From assembly GCA_963514625.1 (NCBI GenBank), contig CAUPTB010000001.1, positions 57,890 to 121,889 of the forward strand: 64,000 bases of DNA. The letters are read 5' to 3'. The DNA comes from an uncultured Candidatus Saccharibacteria bacterium (lineage in GTDB: Bacteria > Patescibacteriota > Saccharimonadia > Saccharimonadales > Saccharimonadaceae). Below the pieces are notes generated by a model, which worked only from the letters and a program-made list of their open reading frames with translations, made no database searches and was not told the DNA's origin. A program made the translations under genes and the position numbers. Positions 54,744-64,000 of the stretch are shown in pieces. Numbering within the stretch: the stretch's first letter is position 1; each line of letters begins with the position of its first letter.

Positions 54744-55820
54744 CTAGTCCAGCTGATAGTCCGGGTTGAAGTCGAAGTCGAGATAGGCGTACCGACTGGG
54801 CTGGTAGGCTAGATAGTCATCTAGACATTGCTTAGCCTTCGCCGAGAGGTTTCCGACTCGTCGTGCCGTGCCGTCACCCGATAGGACGAGCGGATTGATG
54901 TAGCGTCGTTTGGTGACGATGCTCCGGCAGTACTTCCCTGCTACTGGAGTATCACTGTCGTACACCCGCTTTGCTTTCTGGAACTGTTGGAAACGACTCA
55001 CTAAATACTCGTCGCTGCTATTCAGGATCCGGCTAATGATTTCATCCTCGCTGTAACGGTAAAAGTCGCTTGGCTGAAGCAGCCCTTGCTTAACCATCCG
55101 TTTGAGAGCGTCGGCGATGAACTGCATAGTTAACTTGTGACGATTCTCGACCCAGCACGGCCACAGCTGGGAGATGGTGGCGATATACTCTTCGGCTACC
55201 GGCAGGTGCTGAAAACCCAGTTCGTCAGCCCCCTCTTCATTCTGTAGCACGATAACGTCGCCGTAAGTCCGCTTGATCTGATCTATCTCCCAGACACGGT
55301 TAAGCACCAGTCCGGCTGAGTAGGAATATTCGAAACGGTCAGCCGAAAGCTTCGGCGTATCGTTATCGGCGATAGGATAAAGCTTATAATCATCAACCTG
55401 GCTCAACTTGATGTGGTCACGCTTGAGCAGATGTATGATCTCGGGAGAGTCACTAATCATCTGCGAGGTCTCGACTTCGGTGGCTTCTTGCTTCAGATAA
55501 TCACCCCGGAAGAAATCGATGCAGTGCTTGAATGTCGGCGTAGCGATGTCGTGGAATAGCCCGGCTAGGGTTTGCTTACGATCCCCGGTATAGTGCCAGA
55601 CAATCAGCGCCACGCCTATGCTATGGGTAAGGTTGGAGTACCAATATTTATTGTGGTAGAGATCGGTATGGTCTGACCCCCAGTTCATGCCGGTTCCTTC
55701 GAGGCGTCTCATAGCCTGGGTGTCAATATATTCGGTCAACCAACCGGGAAATTCGGGGCTAAGCACCCGGTAATACGCCTTAACCTCGTCGTTCAACCCC
55801 TTGATATAGTCACTTGTCAT
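54744..55820 (-). CDS. HD-domain phosphohydrolase
   Basis: THSIGVA....LAGLFHDIATP (H..HD). ATG 55820 lies after GGAGGAGGGGG. Confidence 0.7.
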   Translation of the reverse strand: MTSDYIKGLNDEVKAYYRVLSPEFPGWLTEYIDTQAMRRLEGTGMNWGSDHTDLYHNKYWYSNLTHSIGVALIVWHYTGDRKQTLAGLFHDIATPTFKHCIDFFRGDYLKQEATEVETSQMISDSPEIIHLLKRDHIKLSQVDDYKLYPIADNDTPKLSADRFEYSYSAGLVLNRVWEIDQIKRTYGDVIVLQNEEGADELGFQHLPVAEEYIATISQLWPCWVENRHKLTMQFIADALKRMVKQGLLQPSDFYRYSEDEIISRILNSSDEYLVSRFQQFQKAKRVYDSDTPVAGKYCRSIVTKRRYINPLVLSGDGTARRVGNLSAKAKQCLDDYLAYQPSRYAYLDFDFNPDYQLD

Positions 55821-55915
55821 TACCCCCTCCTCCAGTGTGGTTATATTATAGCGCAGCCGCAAAGATCGGACTGACTAGCGGAAGCATCATTGAGAAATCT
55901 TTATCTATCAGGGGA

Positions 55916-56392
55916 CTATGCGGTATGCTCAAACTTATCCAAGAAGTCTCGCAAGCGATCCAGGATGATATACTCCTTCTTCATCGGTTCGCTTGACTCC
56001 AGTAGCTTTCGAGCTTCGTCGAACTCCAGCCATTCGACGCCATCGTGCTCGGCGTCATGCTTGCCGGTATTCTCTAGTGGGATCATGGCGAAATAGTGAG
56101 TAGTCTTATTGAGATGTACGCCGTCTTTCATGAAATCATCGGTGAAAGCACCCAGGTAACCCTTTATCTCAGCTCGTATTCCCGACTCTTCCAGTACTTC
56201 TCGTCGAGCGTCGTCTTCCAGTGTCTCGTCGTGGTGTAAAGTGCCTTTCGGCAGATGATAGTGCCGTCCATCCGGCCGATTGCGGTAGAGTACTACCACC
56301 TCTAGCCGTCCTTGCTGATGACGGTAGATTACCCCACCCGCCGAGATATGATAAGGCCAAGTCTCGGTATGACGATATTCTGCTGAGTGCAT
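55916..56392 (-). CDS. NUDIX hydrolase
   Basis: Nudix box LPKGTLHHDETLEDDARREVLEESGI. Confidence 0.8.
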   Translation of the reverse strand: MHSAEYRHTETWPYHISAGGVIYRHQQGRLEVVVLYRNRPDGRHYHLPKGTLHHDETLEDDARREVLEESGIRAEIKGYLGAFTDDFMKDGVHLNKTTHYFAMIPLENTGKHDAEHDGVEWLEFDEARKLLESSEPMKKEYIILDRLRDFLDKFEHTA

Positions 56393-56576
56393 TATATTAC
56401 CCCTCCTTCATTTACTACTATAATCTAAAGCTTCTGCTTACTCCCTCTGATACTTCGTCCGGCGTCACGTCGGATGTGTCTACCACGGTCGCATTTAATG
56501 CCATCATGGCGCCCAGCCTACGATGCCATGCTTACATATTTCATACTACAGGCATAGCGCTACGCATGTCTAGAGA

Positions 56577-57572
56577 TTAGGTTCCATGATGTGACGGCAC
56601 TTCGGCCAGCACTTGCCTGATTTCGTCGGTGGAGGTGCAGGCGTAGAGGCGGGCTCGCAGATCGCTAGCCCCGGCGAAGCCATTGACATATATCTTAAAG
56701 AAGTGCTTGAGCGAGTCGAAATTGCGGACTAGTTCGGGGCGCTCAGCGGGCATGATCTGACGATATTTATCGTACTGGTCTAAGTGATAGAGAAATAGAT
56801 CAAATAGCTCGGACCGGCTGCGCGGTCCGCCGGAACGGTCAAAGCAAAACGGATTAGCGAAGACGCCTCGTCCGATCATGTAGCCATCTACGCCGGGGTA
56901 CTGATGATGGAGTGCCGTGATCCGGGCATAGTCGGCGATATCGCCGTTGATGACCAGCCTGGTCAGCGGTGATAGTCGGTCTCGCAAGCTGACCAGCTCG
57001 GAGATCAGCTCGTAGTGGGCCGGGACTTTGCTCATCTCCTTGCGGGTGCGTAGATGGACTGTTAGGCAGGCTAGCTTCTGACTAAGTAAAAAGGTAATCC
57101 AATCCCGGTACTCCGCTACTTTCGTTCGCCCCAGCCTGGTCTTAACTGATACCGGTAGTCCGCCCTCCTTAGTGGCAGCGATAATCCGCTGAGCCAGCTG
57201 ACAATTACCGATCATACCTGAGCCGGCACCGATCTTAACTACATCTTTAGCGGGGCAGCCCATATTAATGTCTATCCCGTCAAAGCCCTGCTCTCTGAGA
57301 GCGTGACTCATGGTGGCGAAGTGAGCGGGCTCAGTTCCCCAGATCTGAGCCACGATGGGTGCTTCGCCGGCGTCATGCGTCAGACGACCGACGGTGGAGA
57401 AATTACCTTGCTCGCTACAAAAGCTGGCGGTATTGGTAAACTCGGTTACTAAGACGTCGGGGCGAGCCGCCCGAGCGACGACATGACGAAAGACGATATC
57501 GGTTACGTCTTCCATCGGGGCAAGCATACTGAAGGGTGATGGCAACTTGGCCCAGAAGTTAGTCGTGTTCAA
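56577..57572 (-). CDS. dus: tRNA-dihydrouridine synthase
   Basis: LAPMEDVTDIVFR, DINMGCP and a TIM-barrel Dus layout. Confidence 0.8.
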   Translation of the reverse strand: MNTTNFWAKLPSPFSMLAPMEDVTDIVFRHVVARAARPDVLVTEFTNTASFCSEQGNFSTVGRLTHDAGEAPIVAQIWGTEPAHFATMSHALREQGFDGIDINMGCPAKDVVKIGAGSGMIGNCQLAQRIIAATKEGGLPVSVKTRLGRTKVAEYRDWITFLLSQKLACLTVHLRTRKEMSKVPAHYELISELVSLRDRLSPLTRLVINGDIADYARITALHHQYPGVDGYMIGRGVFANPFCFDRSGGPRSRSELFDLFLYHLDQYDKYRQIMPAERPELVRNFDSLKHFFKIYVNGFAGASDLRARLYACTSTDEIRQVLAEVPSHHGT

Positions 57573-60500
57573 TTAGCCACCTTTCGAACTGTTTAGTACC
57601 GGTTAGCGACCGGGCGAACTGACTGACATCCGGGAAGTCAAGGTTGACTATCCGTCTATAGACTGCCTGAACCAGCTTGGTGAATTCGGCCATGTTGGCT
57701 AGTCGGCCGTAGTCAAATACCGGTGCAATCAATTGTCCGGTCTTAGGGTCCGGTACGACGAATTCGATTACCCCTTCGATGACTTGCCAGTCATGATACT
57801 GATTCGAACTTTCGAAGAGCAACTTGTAAAACATTAGCTGGTTAGCATAGGCGTGGATGCTATCTTTATTGATCGAGCTAAAGCTAGGGAAAAACTTGCC
57901 GGTCTTGTAATCGGTGATGATGGCTTGGCGTTTGTGGCTATCTAATTCGACGGCGTCTAGCTTGCCGTTTAGTCTCACGCCGTCAGAGATAGTCGCCTCC
58001 AGTCTGAGCTCGGCTCGTTGATTAGGGCGAAAGCTCTCGGAGCGTTTTTTATAGTAGGCGTCTATTATCGCCCGACCTTTGGCTGACCATTTTCGGGCAG
58101 TGGCTTCATCTAAGCTGGTGGTACGGAAGCTAGTTTGAAAGACTTGATAAGTCTGCTTGATCGGTGGTAGCTTGCCGGGATGGTCTTCGCTACCGGCGTA
58201 GTTGTGTAGGCTCTGCATGACGGCATGGATGGCGGTACCGAATAGCTGATTAACAGTCTGAACTCCGGGTAGGCGCAGGAGCCGGTCGAGCAAGAATCGC
58301 TCGGGACCACCATAAGTCAGGTCAGTAAAGGCGTTCAGGTCGCTGGCTGACAAGGAGTAGCTGCTCAATCGGTCGGCTAGGAGCGACTTTCGGTCGAGAC
58401 TACTGTCTAGGAGGAAGCTAAAAGCACTAGTGGCTAGCTCCTTAGTCGCTTCAGGCGTATCCGGCTCATCTAGGCTAATCGCCGGGATGTAGTCTAGGGC
58501 GTATTCCAGCTGATTCAGCTCCTTGTTGCCCTGGCTGGAGTGTGATGATAGATGAAGCTGGCGCATGGCTCTGGTGATGGCGACGAAGAACAGACGGCGC
58601 TTTTCGTCGTCGGTAGTGCCGACATTATCAAGGGGTAGATTGGGCGGCAGCTTGATCATGGCATTTTTCTCTCTGCACTTACTCCCCCACTCCTCGCTCT
58701 CGGCGTCTATCAGGTATACGGTGTCGAATTCCAGCCCCTTGGCCTTGTGAGCGGTCATTAGCTGGACACCTTCAGTAGTGCCATAAGTGACGACTGAGCT
58801 GAGGCTCTCGTTAAGCGCCTGATATCTGTCGGCAAATTTCAGCAGGTCGCTCAGAGTATTTTTGCGGTCAGGCTGGTACTGCTCCAGGGCTTGGCTCAGG
58901 GTGGTGTAGTCGCCGAGGAAGTTTAAGTAAGCTAGGCTATCTTGGGCTAGCTTATCTGCTCCGAAATAATACCGGTAAATTGGCGAGCGATACTCTTCTC
59001 CGGCTGAAGATACCGGGTCGTCCGGCTGGTCTACTTCTCTATCGTCTTCGTCGCTTGGTAGTCCGGTAATCCCTATCAGCTCGGCGCACATTACTTCTAG
59101 TGGGTTATCCAATGAACGTTGCGCCTGCTCTTTGAGCCAGCTGATTAGGCGGGGCTGGTGCTTAGCGATAGCCTTAAACCAGTTACCCCACTGTGCCTCG
59201 GTGTCCAGGCTGATCTGGTAAAACTCTTCCCCGCTGATGCCGAAAGCCGGGCTGGCAATAATATGTGGCAGATAAGCATTGGCGTCGGTGGCATTATTGT
59301 GAGCGATGCAGACTACCGCTCGGGCTAAGTTAAGCAGCAGCTTGATTAACTCGGAATCAAAGACGTTCTGCTGATGTTGATAGGTAAAGGGAATATCGAG
59401 AGCAGTCAGGAAGTCAGCTAGCTGAACCAGGCTCTTGTGGCGACGAGCGATGACGGCGATCTGGGCCGGCTTCGCCCCCTGATCAATTGCCCGTTTGATG
59501 CTGCCGGCAACATGGCTAAATTCGCCGGCTTGGCTGGTAGCAACCGTCCAATCAATCCGGCACTTGTAGTCGCTATGGTGAGCCACCAGCCGCTTAGGTG
59601 TGCCGTCGGCATTAGTTAGACGCTCGGTGATATCGCCGGCTACCTGCTCTGCCAGCTCGATGATGGCGGTGCCGCTACGATAATTAGTCTGCAGGTTGAC
59701 CTGGCGTAGCTTGGGATAACGTCGAGTAAAGGTCTGAATATTGCCGATGTCTGCCCCCTGGAAGCGATAGATAGCCTGGTCGTCGTCGCCCACCACCATC
59801 AGATTGGGCTGATCATCATAGTCGGTCAGTAGATGAAGCAAGCGCATCTGCGCTTCATTGGTATCCTGAAATTCGTCGACCATGACATATTGGTACTGCT
59901 CCTGCAGAGTGGCTTTTAGCCCGGGGTGTTCGGTGATTGCTTGAATCACCCTGAGAATCATGTCGTTAAAGTCGTACAGCTGGCGCTCATCCATTTTGGC
60001 TAAGTATTGACGATAGATGTCCAGGGCAAGCTTAAGCTTACGACAATGCTCGGTGATCTTTAGTGTCTTGGTGCCGTTGTCGCTATTACCGACCCAGCGA
60101 TTCTTGAAGGCGGTAATCGGCTTGGTGCTGCCGTCGTCGCCAGCTGTGGCATAAGCTTCCGCTAAGTCATTAGCCATGATCTGAGCTAGGGTCGGAGTAA
60201 TGGCCTGGGCTAACGGCGGGGTCTCTGTGGCGAGTTGGCGCAGCTCGACTAGTAGGTCATCGCACTTAGAAATAGTTTTCTTGCTGATGCTCTTAGTAAA
60301 TACTTCGTTGATGGTGGGTTCTATATCGGCACTAAAGTCCAGATCTTGCTTAACCAGCTCTTCCAGCTGGTCGGGGTTCAGCCCCGAGTTCTTAAAGTCG
60401 CCAATGAGCTTCTGTATGGTCTTTAGATAGATTGGCTGACCGTTGGGGTTGAGCGTGGCTAGGGGGTTGTCGTAGCTGAGTCCGGCTATGATTTCAGTCA

Positions 60501-60879
60501 GAATCTCGGCCTGAGTTAGCTGATCGGCTGGCTGATAATTAGCACCGCTGTAAAAATACTCGCCAAAGCTCCCGATAATCGTCGAGCCGAAGCTATGAAA
60601 AGTTTGGATCTCTACCTGATAAGCCGTCGAGCCGATGATCTGGGCCAGGCGTTTCACCATATTAGCCGAGCCGGAGTCGGTGAAGGTCAAGCAGAGGATG
60701 TTTGACGGGTCGGCATCGGTCTGATGTAGGATATTGGCTGCCCGCACGGCGAGAAGCTCAGTCTTGCCGGTGCCCGGTCCGGCCACCACCATCAAGGGGC
60801 CGCTGATGATATCGACAGCTTGCCGCTGCCGGGCATTTAATCCTTTAAGACGCCTACTAAACTCAGCTTCATAATCCAT
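57559..60879 (-). CDS. UvrD/PcrA-type helicase fused to a C-terminal PD-(D/E)XK nuclease (AddA-like)
   Basis: VVAGPGTGKT, VDEFQDTN, YRSG, TAHKAKGLEFD, VAITRA, and the C-terminal GKLDAV...ITDYKTGK nuclease motif. Confidence 0.85.
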   Translation of the reverse strand: MDYEAEFSRRLKGLNARQRQAVDIISGPLMVVAGPGTGKTELLAVRAANILHQTDADPSNILCLTFTDSGSANMVKRLAQIIGSTAYQVEIQTFHSFGSTIIGSFGEYFYSGANYQPADQLTQAEILTEIIAGLSYDNPLATLNPNGQPIYLKTIQKLIGDFKNSGLNPDQLEELVKQDLDFSADIEPTINEVFTKSISKKTISKCDDLLVELRQLATETPPLAQAITPTLAQIMANDLAEAYATAGDDGSTKPITAFKNRWVGNSDNGTKTLKITEHCRKLKLALDIYRQYLAKMDERQLYDFNDMILRVIQAITEHPGLKATLQEQYQYVMVDEFQDTNEAQMRLLHLLTDYDDQPNLMVVGDDDQAIYRFQGADIGNIQTFTRRYPKLRQVNLQTNYRSGTAIIELAEQVAGDITERLTNADGTPKRLVAHHSDYKCRIDWTVATSQAGEFSHVAGSIKRAIDQGAKPAQIAVIARRHKSLVQLADFLTALDIPFTYQHQQNVFDSELIKLLLNLARAVVCIAHNNATDANAYLPHIIASPAFGISGEEFYQISLDTEAQWGNWFKAIAKHQPRLISWLKEQAQRSLDNPLEVMCAELIGITGLPSDEDDREVDQPDDPVSSAGEEYRSPIYRYYFGADKLAQDSLAYLNFLGDYTTLSQALEQYQPDRKNTLSDLLKFADRYQALNESLSSVVTYGTTEGVQLMTAHKAKGLEFDTVYLIDAESEEWGSKCREKNAMIKLPPNLPLDNVGTTDDEKRRLFFVAITRAMRQLHLSSHSSQGNKELNQLEYALDYIPAISLDEPDTPEATKELATSAFSFLLDSSLDRKSLLADRLSSYSLSASDLNAFTDLTYGGPERFLLDRLLRLPGVQTVNQLFGTAIHAVMQSLHNYAGSEDHPGKLPPIKQTYQVFQTSFRTTSLDEATARKWSAKGRAIIDAYYKKRSESFRPNQRAELRLEATISDGVRLNGKLDAVELDSHKRQAIITDYKTGKFFPSFSSINKDSIHAYANQLMFYKLLFESSNQYHDWQVIEGVIEFVVPDPKTGQLIAPVFDYGRLANMAEFTKLVQAVYRRIVNLDFPDVSQFARSLTGTKQFERWLIEHD

Positions 60880-60942
60880 GACTATATTTTACCCTATCTT
60901 GGGTGGTTGCATGTAGGTTACATGAGTGGCTTTTCTGAGCGA

Positions 60943-61602
60943 CTAGCTAGATTGTTTCATGACACGATTAATTTTTTCTTTTAGCTCGTTTATAAATTGC
61001 TTGTCGAATTCTTTTTTCTCGCTATCGGTCATCTCATCCCATGTCTTATTGCGGTTATATGACTCAAAGGCCGCTCCAATAGGATACCCGGAGTTGTTGT
61101 ATGGACGTCGCAATTTGTCCTTATTAAGAAATCCATTATTCACGTTATAAACGATTTCGTAAGCTCCGTTTGGTGCGACTATGGCAACACATTGTTTGAA
61201 GTAGCAATCATAGTTCTTTAGATTCTTGGTCTTTTTCTGCAGGAACTTCCAAAATGCTTCATTACTAGTGCTTTCCGGTAGTTCACCACCCCATCGGCGT
61301 AGCGCTACGCCCGGTTCACCATTCAGCTCTTTAATAAAGAAGCCGGTATCATCACCGATCGACACCTTGCCCGTTGTAACTGCGTATGCCCTGGCTTTGG
61401 CGATGGCATTATCCTCAATGGAATCAATACCTTCCGGAACGTCAATCTTAATGTTGTCTGATTTGGGCGATGTCAGCTTATATTCGTCTCCAAGGTAGAG
61501 TTTGTAGTCGCTGAGCTTCGACATGTTGCCAGTCGCCACAAACACTTCTTTACTGCCTGAGGTGCTTGCGTCGGTAACAATAAACGATGGTCTTTCTGTC
61601 AT
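60943..61602 (-). CDS. Ham1/ITPase-like NTP pyrophosphatase (second copy, AT-rich)
   Basis: VFVATGNMSKL...GDDTGFFIKELNGEPG pattern. Confidence 0.5.
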   Translation of the reverse strand: MTERPSFIVTDASTSGSKEVFVATGNMSKLSDYKLYLGDEYKLTSPKSDNIKIDVPEGIDSIEDNAIAKARAYAVTTGKVSIGDDTGFFIKELNGEPGVALRRWGGELPESTSNEAFWKFLQKKTKNLKNYDCYFKQCVAIVAPNGAYEIVYNVNNGFLNKDKLRRPYNNSGYPIGAAFESYNRNKTWDEMTDSEKKEFDKQFINELKEKINRVMKQSS

Positions 61603-61889
61603 AATGTTCTTTCTTGAGTGGTATTGCTACCATTGATTGTTTAAGACAGATTTATTTATAGCACAAAGCGGCGCGGCTGCAAATACACTCCTACATTAAC
61701 GCCTTAATTGTTCTGAGTTAGTGTGCCTTGGCGGCTTAAGTGTTGCTGGCGCTGACGGGCAATCATACGTTGCAATTGTCTAATAGTATAGGGTTGCTTA
61801 CCTGCTAGCTGCCAGCCAGTTTGGGTCATCTAATAAAGATAGCTGCCCTATGGCGCAAGCTGTTGTATACAAAGAAGATAAAATGGTAG

Positions 61890-62429
61890 CTACATATGCA
61901 GGCGCTGATAACCAAATCTAGCCAGCTCGGGGGCGATATCTTCATAACTCTTGCCGGCCAGCAAGCCGCCGGCGATGAAATCTTCTTGAGTAACGTCTGC
62001 CAAGATAAAGTCGGGCGGAGTAAACGACGCCTTGGCGTCAAGCGAATCAAATTCGAAATCAATTAGCACTAGCCCGGCTAACTTGCCGGTAAAAACGTCA
62101 AGCTCGGCTTTACTACCGTCAATCTGCATCTTATACCGATCCTTAGCAACCCTCTTTTTACTAGCGATAGCAAGTGCCTCGAATTCATCTTTGCTCAGGC
62201 CAATGGTCTGCTCTACCTGAGCCGAGGCGTCGCCATCCTTGATGGGTGTCTTCTTGGTTATCTCGCAATGGTTATCTTGCCGGCGTAAACGCAAATGAGC
62301 ATGACCCGGGGTATCAGGAATGTAGATATCTAGCAGATGGCTGGGTGATACACCGGCAACCTCTTTCGGTATTGATTTAACCAGATAAGTTAGCTCTAGT
62401 TCAGTTTCCACGTAATAGCCCTCCATCAT
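61890..62429 (-). CDS. CYTH-domain protein (triphosphate tunnel metalloenzyme)
   Basis: N-terminal ETELELTYLV (ExExK-like) and family-typical length. Confidence 0.55.
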   Translation of the reverse strand: MMEGYYVETELELTYLVKSIPKEVAGVSPSHLLDIYIPDTPGHAHLRLRRQDNHCEITKKTPIKDGDASAQVEQTIGLSKDEFEALAIASKKRVAKDRYKMQIDGSKAELDVFTGKLAGLVLIDFEFDSLDAKASFTPPDFILADVTQEDFIAGGLLAGKSYEDIAPELARFGYQRLHM

Positions 62430-62623
62430 TTTGTTGAATGTAATTACATACTTTTCGAAATCCAGCGATATATTTATTGGCTTTATCGCATAGCCCTACC
62501 TAATCTCCAAGCAAAATGAGTAGTGCTGTGTTTGTAGTATTATGAAAAACCAAACAGACAGTGCTACTCGTAACCATAATAACACCATATGTCGGCGCCG
62601 GATATGTTAAAATTACGGTAGTT

Positions 62624-63112
62624 ATGAATGATCAGCTGTACGATGAAGTTAGCTTAGAGCGCCGTATCTACGAGGAGTTCAAGCTGGATACTAAGATTCA
62701 GTCGATCATCGTCCGGCAGATACCGGCCGGTCGCAGTGCTGTGGCGACTGTCTTTCTAAGTGAAAAGCACCAGCTATACTGCTTTATTGATTCGCCGATG
62801 CGTCTGACTTTGCGAGACGCTCGCAAAATCGTCAGTCGGATGGGCCTAAAAGCACTGAAGTACTTGCCACCCCATGACGACGAAGCGTATTTCGACACTG
62901 TCGCTAGAGACAAGTTTAACGCTATGTTTCCGGGTAGAATGGTGGTGACTAGTGAAGACCTCTTCTACTACAAGACGATGGCGCCCTACTGCCCCGCTCT
63001 GGTACAAATAGGAGAAGTGACCTGCGGTGTGATCAAGCAATACGACCCCACGGCGGTGGGTAGCTGGCGACCTAGCGTCAAGTTTAGCTATCGGCGCTTG
63101 CAGACCAGCTAG
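62624..63112 (+). CDS. Hypothetical protein
   Basis: ORF. The ATG at 62624 (MNDQLYDE) is favoured over the alternative-codon start at 62561. Confidence 0.45.
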   Translation: MNDQLYDEVSLERRIYEEFKLDTKIQSIIVRQIPAGRSAVATVFLSEKHQLYCFIDSPMRLTLRDARKIVSRMGLKALKYLPPHDDEAYFDTVARDKFNAMFPGRMVVTSEDLFYYKTMAPYCPALVQIGEVTCGVIKQYDPTAVGSWRPSVKFSYRRLQTS

Positions 63113-63825
63113 GTGCTTTCCTTCTCGTTTGATTTGCTGCCGGATTTTGGTGTAGTCTTGGCGGTTTTCTTAGCCTTGCCGATCTTCGGCTTAGTAGCTT
63201 CAGTTCCCGTTTGGTCGGTCGGCTTGGCGTCGTGTTCCGTTTGGTTGGTAGTATCTGCTTGCGACTTGGTCTCTTCATCTCCGCCGTGGCCGGTTGAGAT
63301 GCGACTGAGCCAACGCTCTGTATGACGGTGCTTGGCGATGCGTAGCCCGACCATCCCGATAATGATGGGCACGATGCCGGTTGCGGCAATGCTGCCGGAG
63401 GCAAAGATAGTTTGGCGGAGCGTCTTCTTACCCGAGTTCTGGTGGTCGGGCAGATAAGCGTTATTGGCAGGGTGATTCGGGTCGTACTTGATCTTGACTG
63501 ACTGCCCACTATGGAGGCGACATTTATCGGTGGTCGGTTCGCCGCGATAGCCTAGGATGGCGGTATACTCATCGCCTTTGATCCGAAAACGATAATCTAC
63601 CTGGCAGGCCTGATTGTTGCGACCACGTTCGTCGTCGCCGATACCGGTTATCTTATTCACACTGATTACCCGGGCATTTGTCTCCTTAGTGCGTCTGGTC
63701 GAGGCTTGGTATTGCCAGATGGTGACGACGGACAGCAGTAAGGTAGCCAGCCCGATCAAGATTAAGATCTGGCAAGCGGGGCGAAACATTATCCCGATGA
63801 GGCGACGGCTGGTGCTGTGCGTCAC
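63109..63825 (-). CDS. DUF3592-like membrane protein with a Lys-rich C-terminal tail
   Basis: TM, a beta-rich segment (VDYRFRIKGDEYT...GQSVKIKYDPNHP), a second TM, then a K/T-rich tail. Confidence 0.55.
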   Translation of the reverse strand: MTHSTSRRLIGIMFRPACQILILIGLATLLLSVVTIWQYQASTRRTKETNARVISVNKITGIGDDERGRNNQACQVDYRFRIKGDEYTAILGYRGEPTTDKCRLHSGQSVKIKYDPNHPANNAYLPDHQNSGKKTLRQTIFASGSIAATGIVPIIIGMVGLRIAKHRHTERWLSRISTGHGGDEETKSQADTTNQTEHDAKPTDQTGTEATKPKIGKAKKTAKTTPKSGSKSNEKEST

Positions 63826-63828
63826 GGA

Positions 63829-64000
63829 CTAATCCCTCTCTGACTTCGCTTTCGATTTGCGAGCGGCTCGCTGGTCTTCCTCCAGGGCATCCTCTTCGAT
63901 CTCGAGAGCCCGATGGATAGCAACTAGCCCAACGAAGCCGATGCCCAGCGGCAAAGCGCTAATGATGGCTGTGGCAACGGCGATGAAGAGTAGCCACTCT
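63829..64000 (-). CDS. 3' end of a membrane protein gene (partial, runs off the window)
   Basis: The open frame reads ...WLLFIAVATAIISALPLGIGFVGLVAIHRALEIEEDALEEDQRAARKSKAKSERD with a stop at 63829-63831. Confidence 0.4.
   Translation of the reverse strand, partial: EWLLFIAVATAIISALPLGIGFVGLVAIHRALEIEEDALEEDQRAARKSKAKSERD

Noticed and set aside
61703-61828. 41-codon minus-strand ORF (MTQTGWQLAGKQPYTIRQLQRMIARQRQQHLSRQGTLTQNN) in the 287-bp gap before the CYTH gene
   Set aside because: It is below any reliable size threshold, with no RBS or -10 geometry and no recognisable motif.

Overview
This is a gene-dense window, mostly on the minus strand, at roughly 50% GC by eye with several AT-rich islets. 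Gene content suggests a small-genome, CPR/Saccharibacteria-like bacterium. That inference rests on many membrane-anchored paralog families, DUF2207-type proteins, a sortase, an orphan T4SS-coupling-type ATPase, dprA/topA, and heavy investment in nucleotide-pool hygiene.

Main content:
1. A complete type II-C CRISPR-Cas locus (cas9-cas1-cas2 plus a 4-repeat/3-spacer array). I can place a tracrRNA with its own promoter and terminator upstream of cas9. The repeats end in TATAAT, so they may act as Neisseria/Campylobacter-style internal crRNA promoters.
2. Two blocks of nested, imperfect inverted repeats (28784-29532 and 34926-35362) that bracket a 5.4 kb segment carrying topA, dprA, a candidate ncRNA and an uncharacterised 357-aa protein. 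The blocks include a MITE-like element with perfect 18-bp terminal inverted repeats.
3. A roughly 285-nt candidate structured ncRNA with a near-consensus promoter and a strong intrinsic terminator (33456-33740).
4. An AT-rich islet next to tRNA-Leu(TAA) carrying a DpnII/MboI-type (GATC) restriction-modification operon with two methylases.
5. A hicBA-like pair, a T5orf172-MazG pair and a NYN-RNase HI pair.
6. Three tandem DUF2207-like genes with a 236-nt gene-conversion tract, and three tandem small membrane-protein paralogs.
7. Several frameshifted genes, one broken by a clean 23-bp tandem duplication.
8. A CIRCE-like operator in front of hsp20.
9. A recurrent leaderless-mRNA promoter geometry, with the -10 box 6-7 nt from the ATG.

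Housekeeping genes recognised: tmk, dcd-like, UDG-family, der, topA, dprA, rnhA, dus, a UvrD/nuclease helicase and tRNA-Leu.

All functional calls come from motifs read in the supplied translations. No database search was possible.
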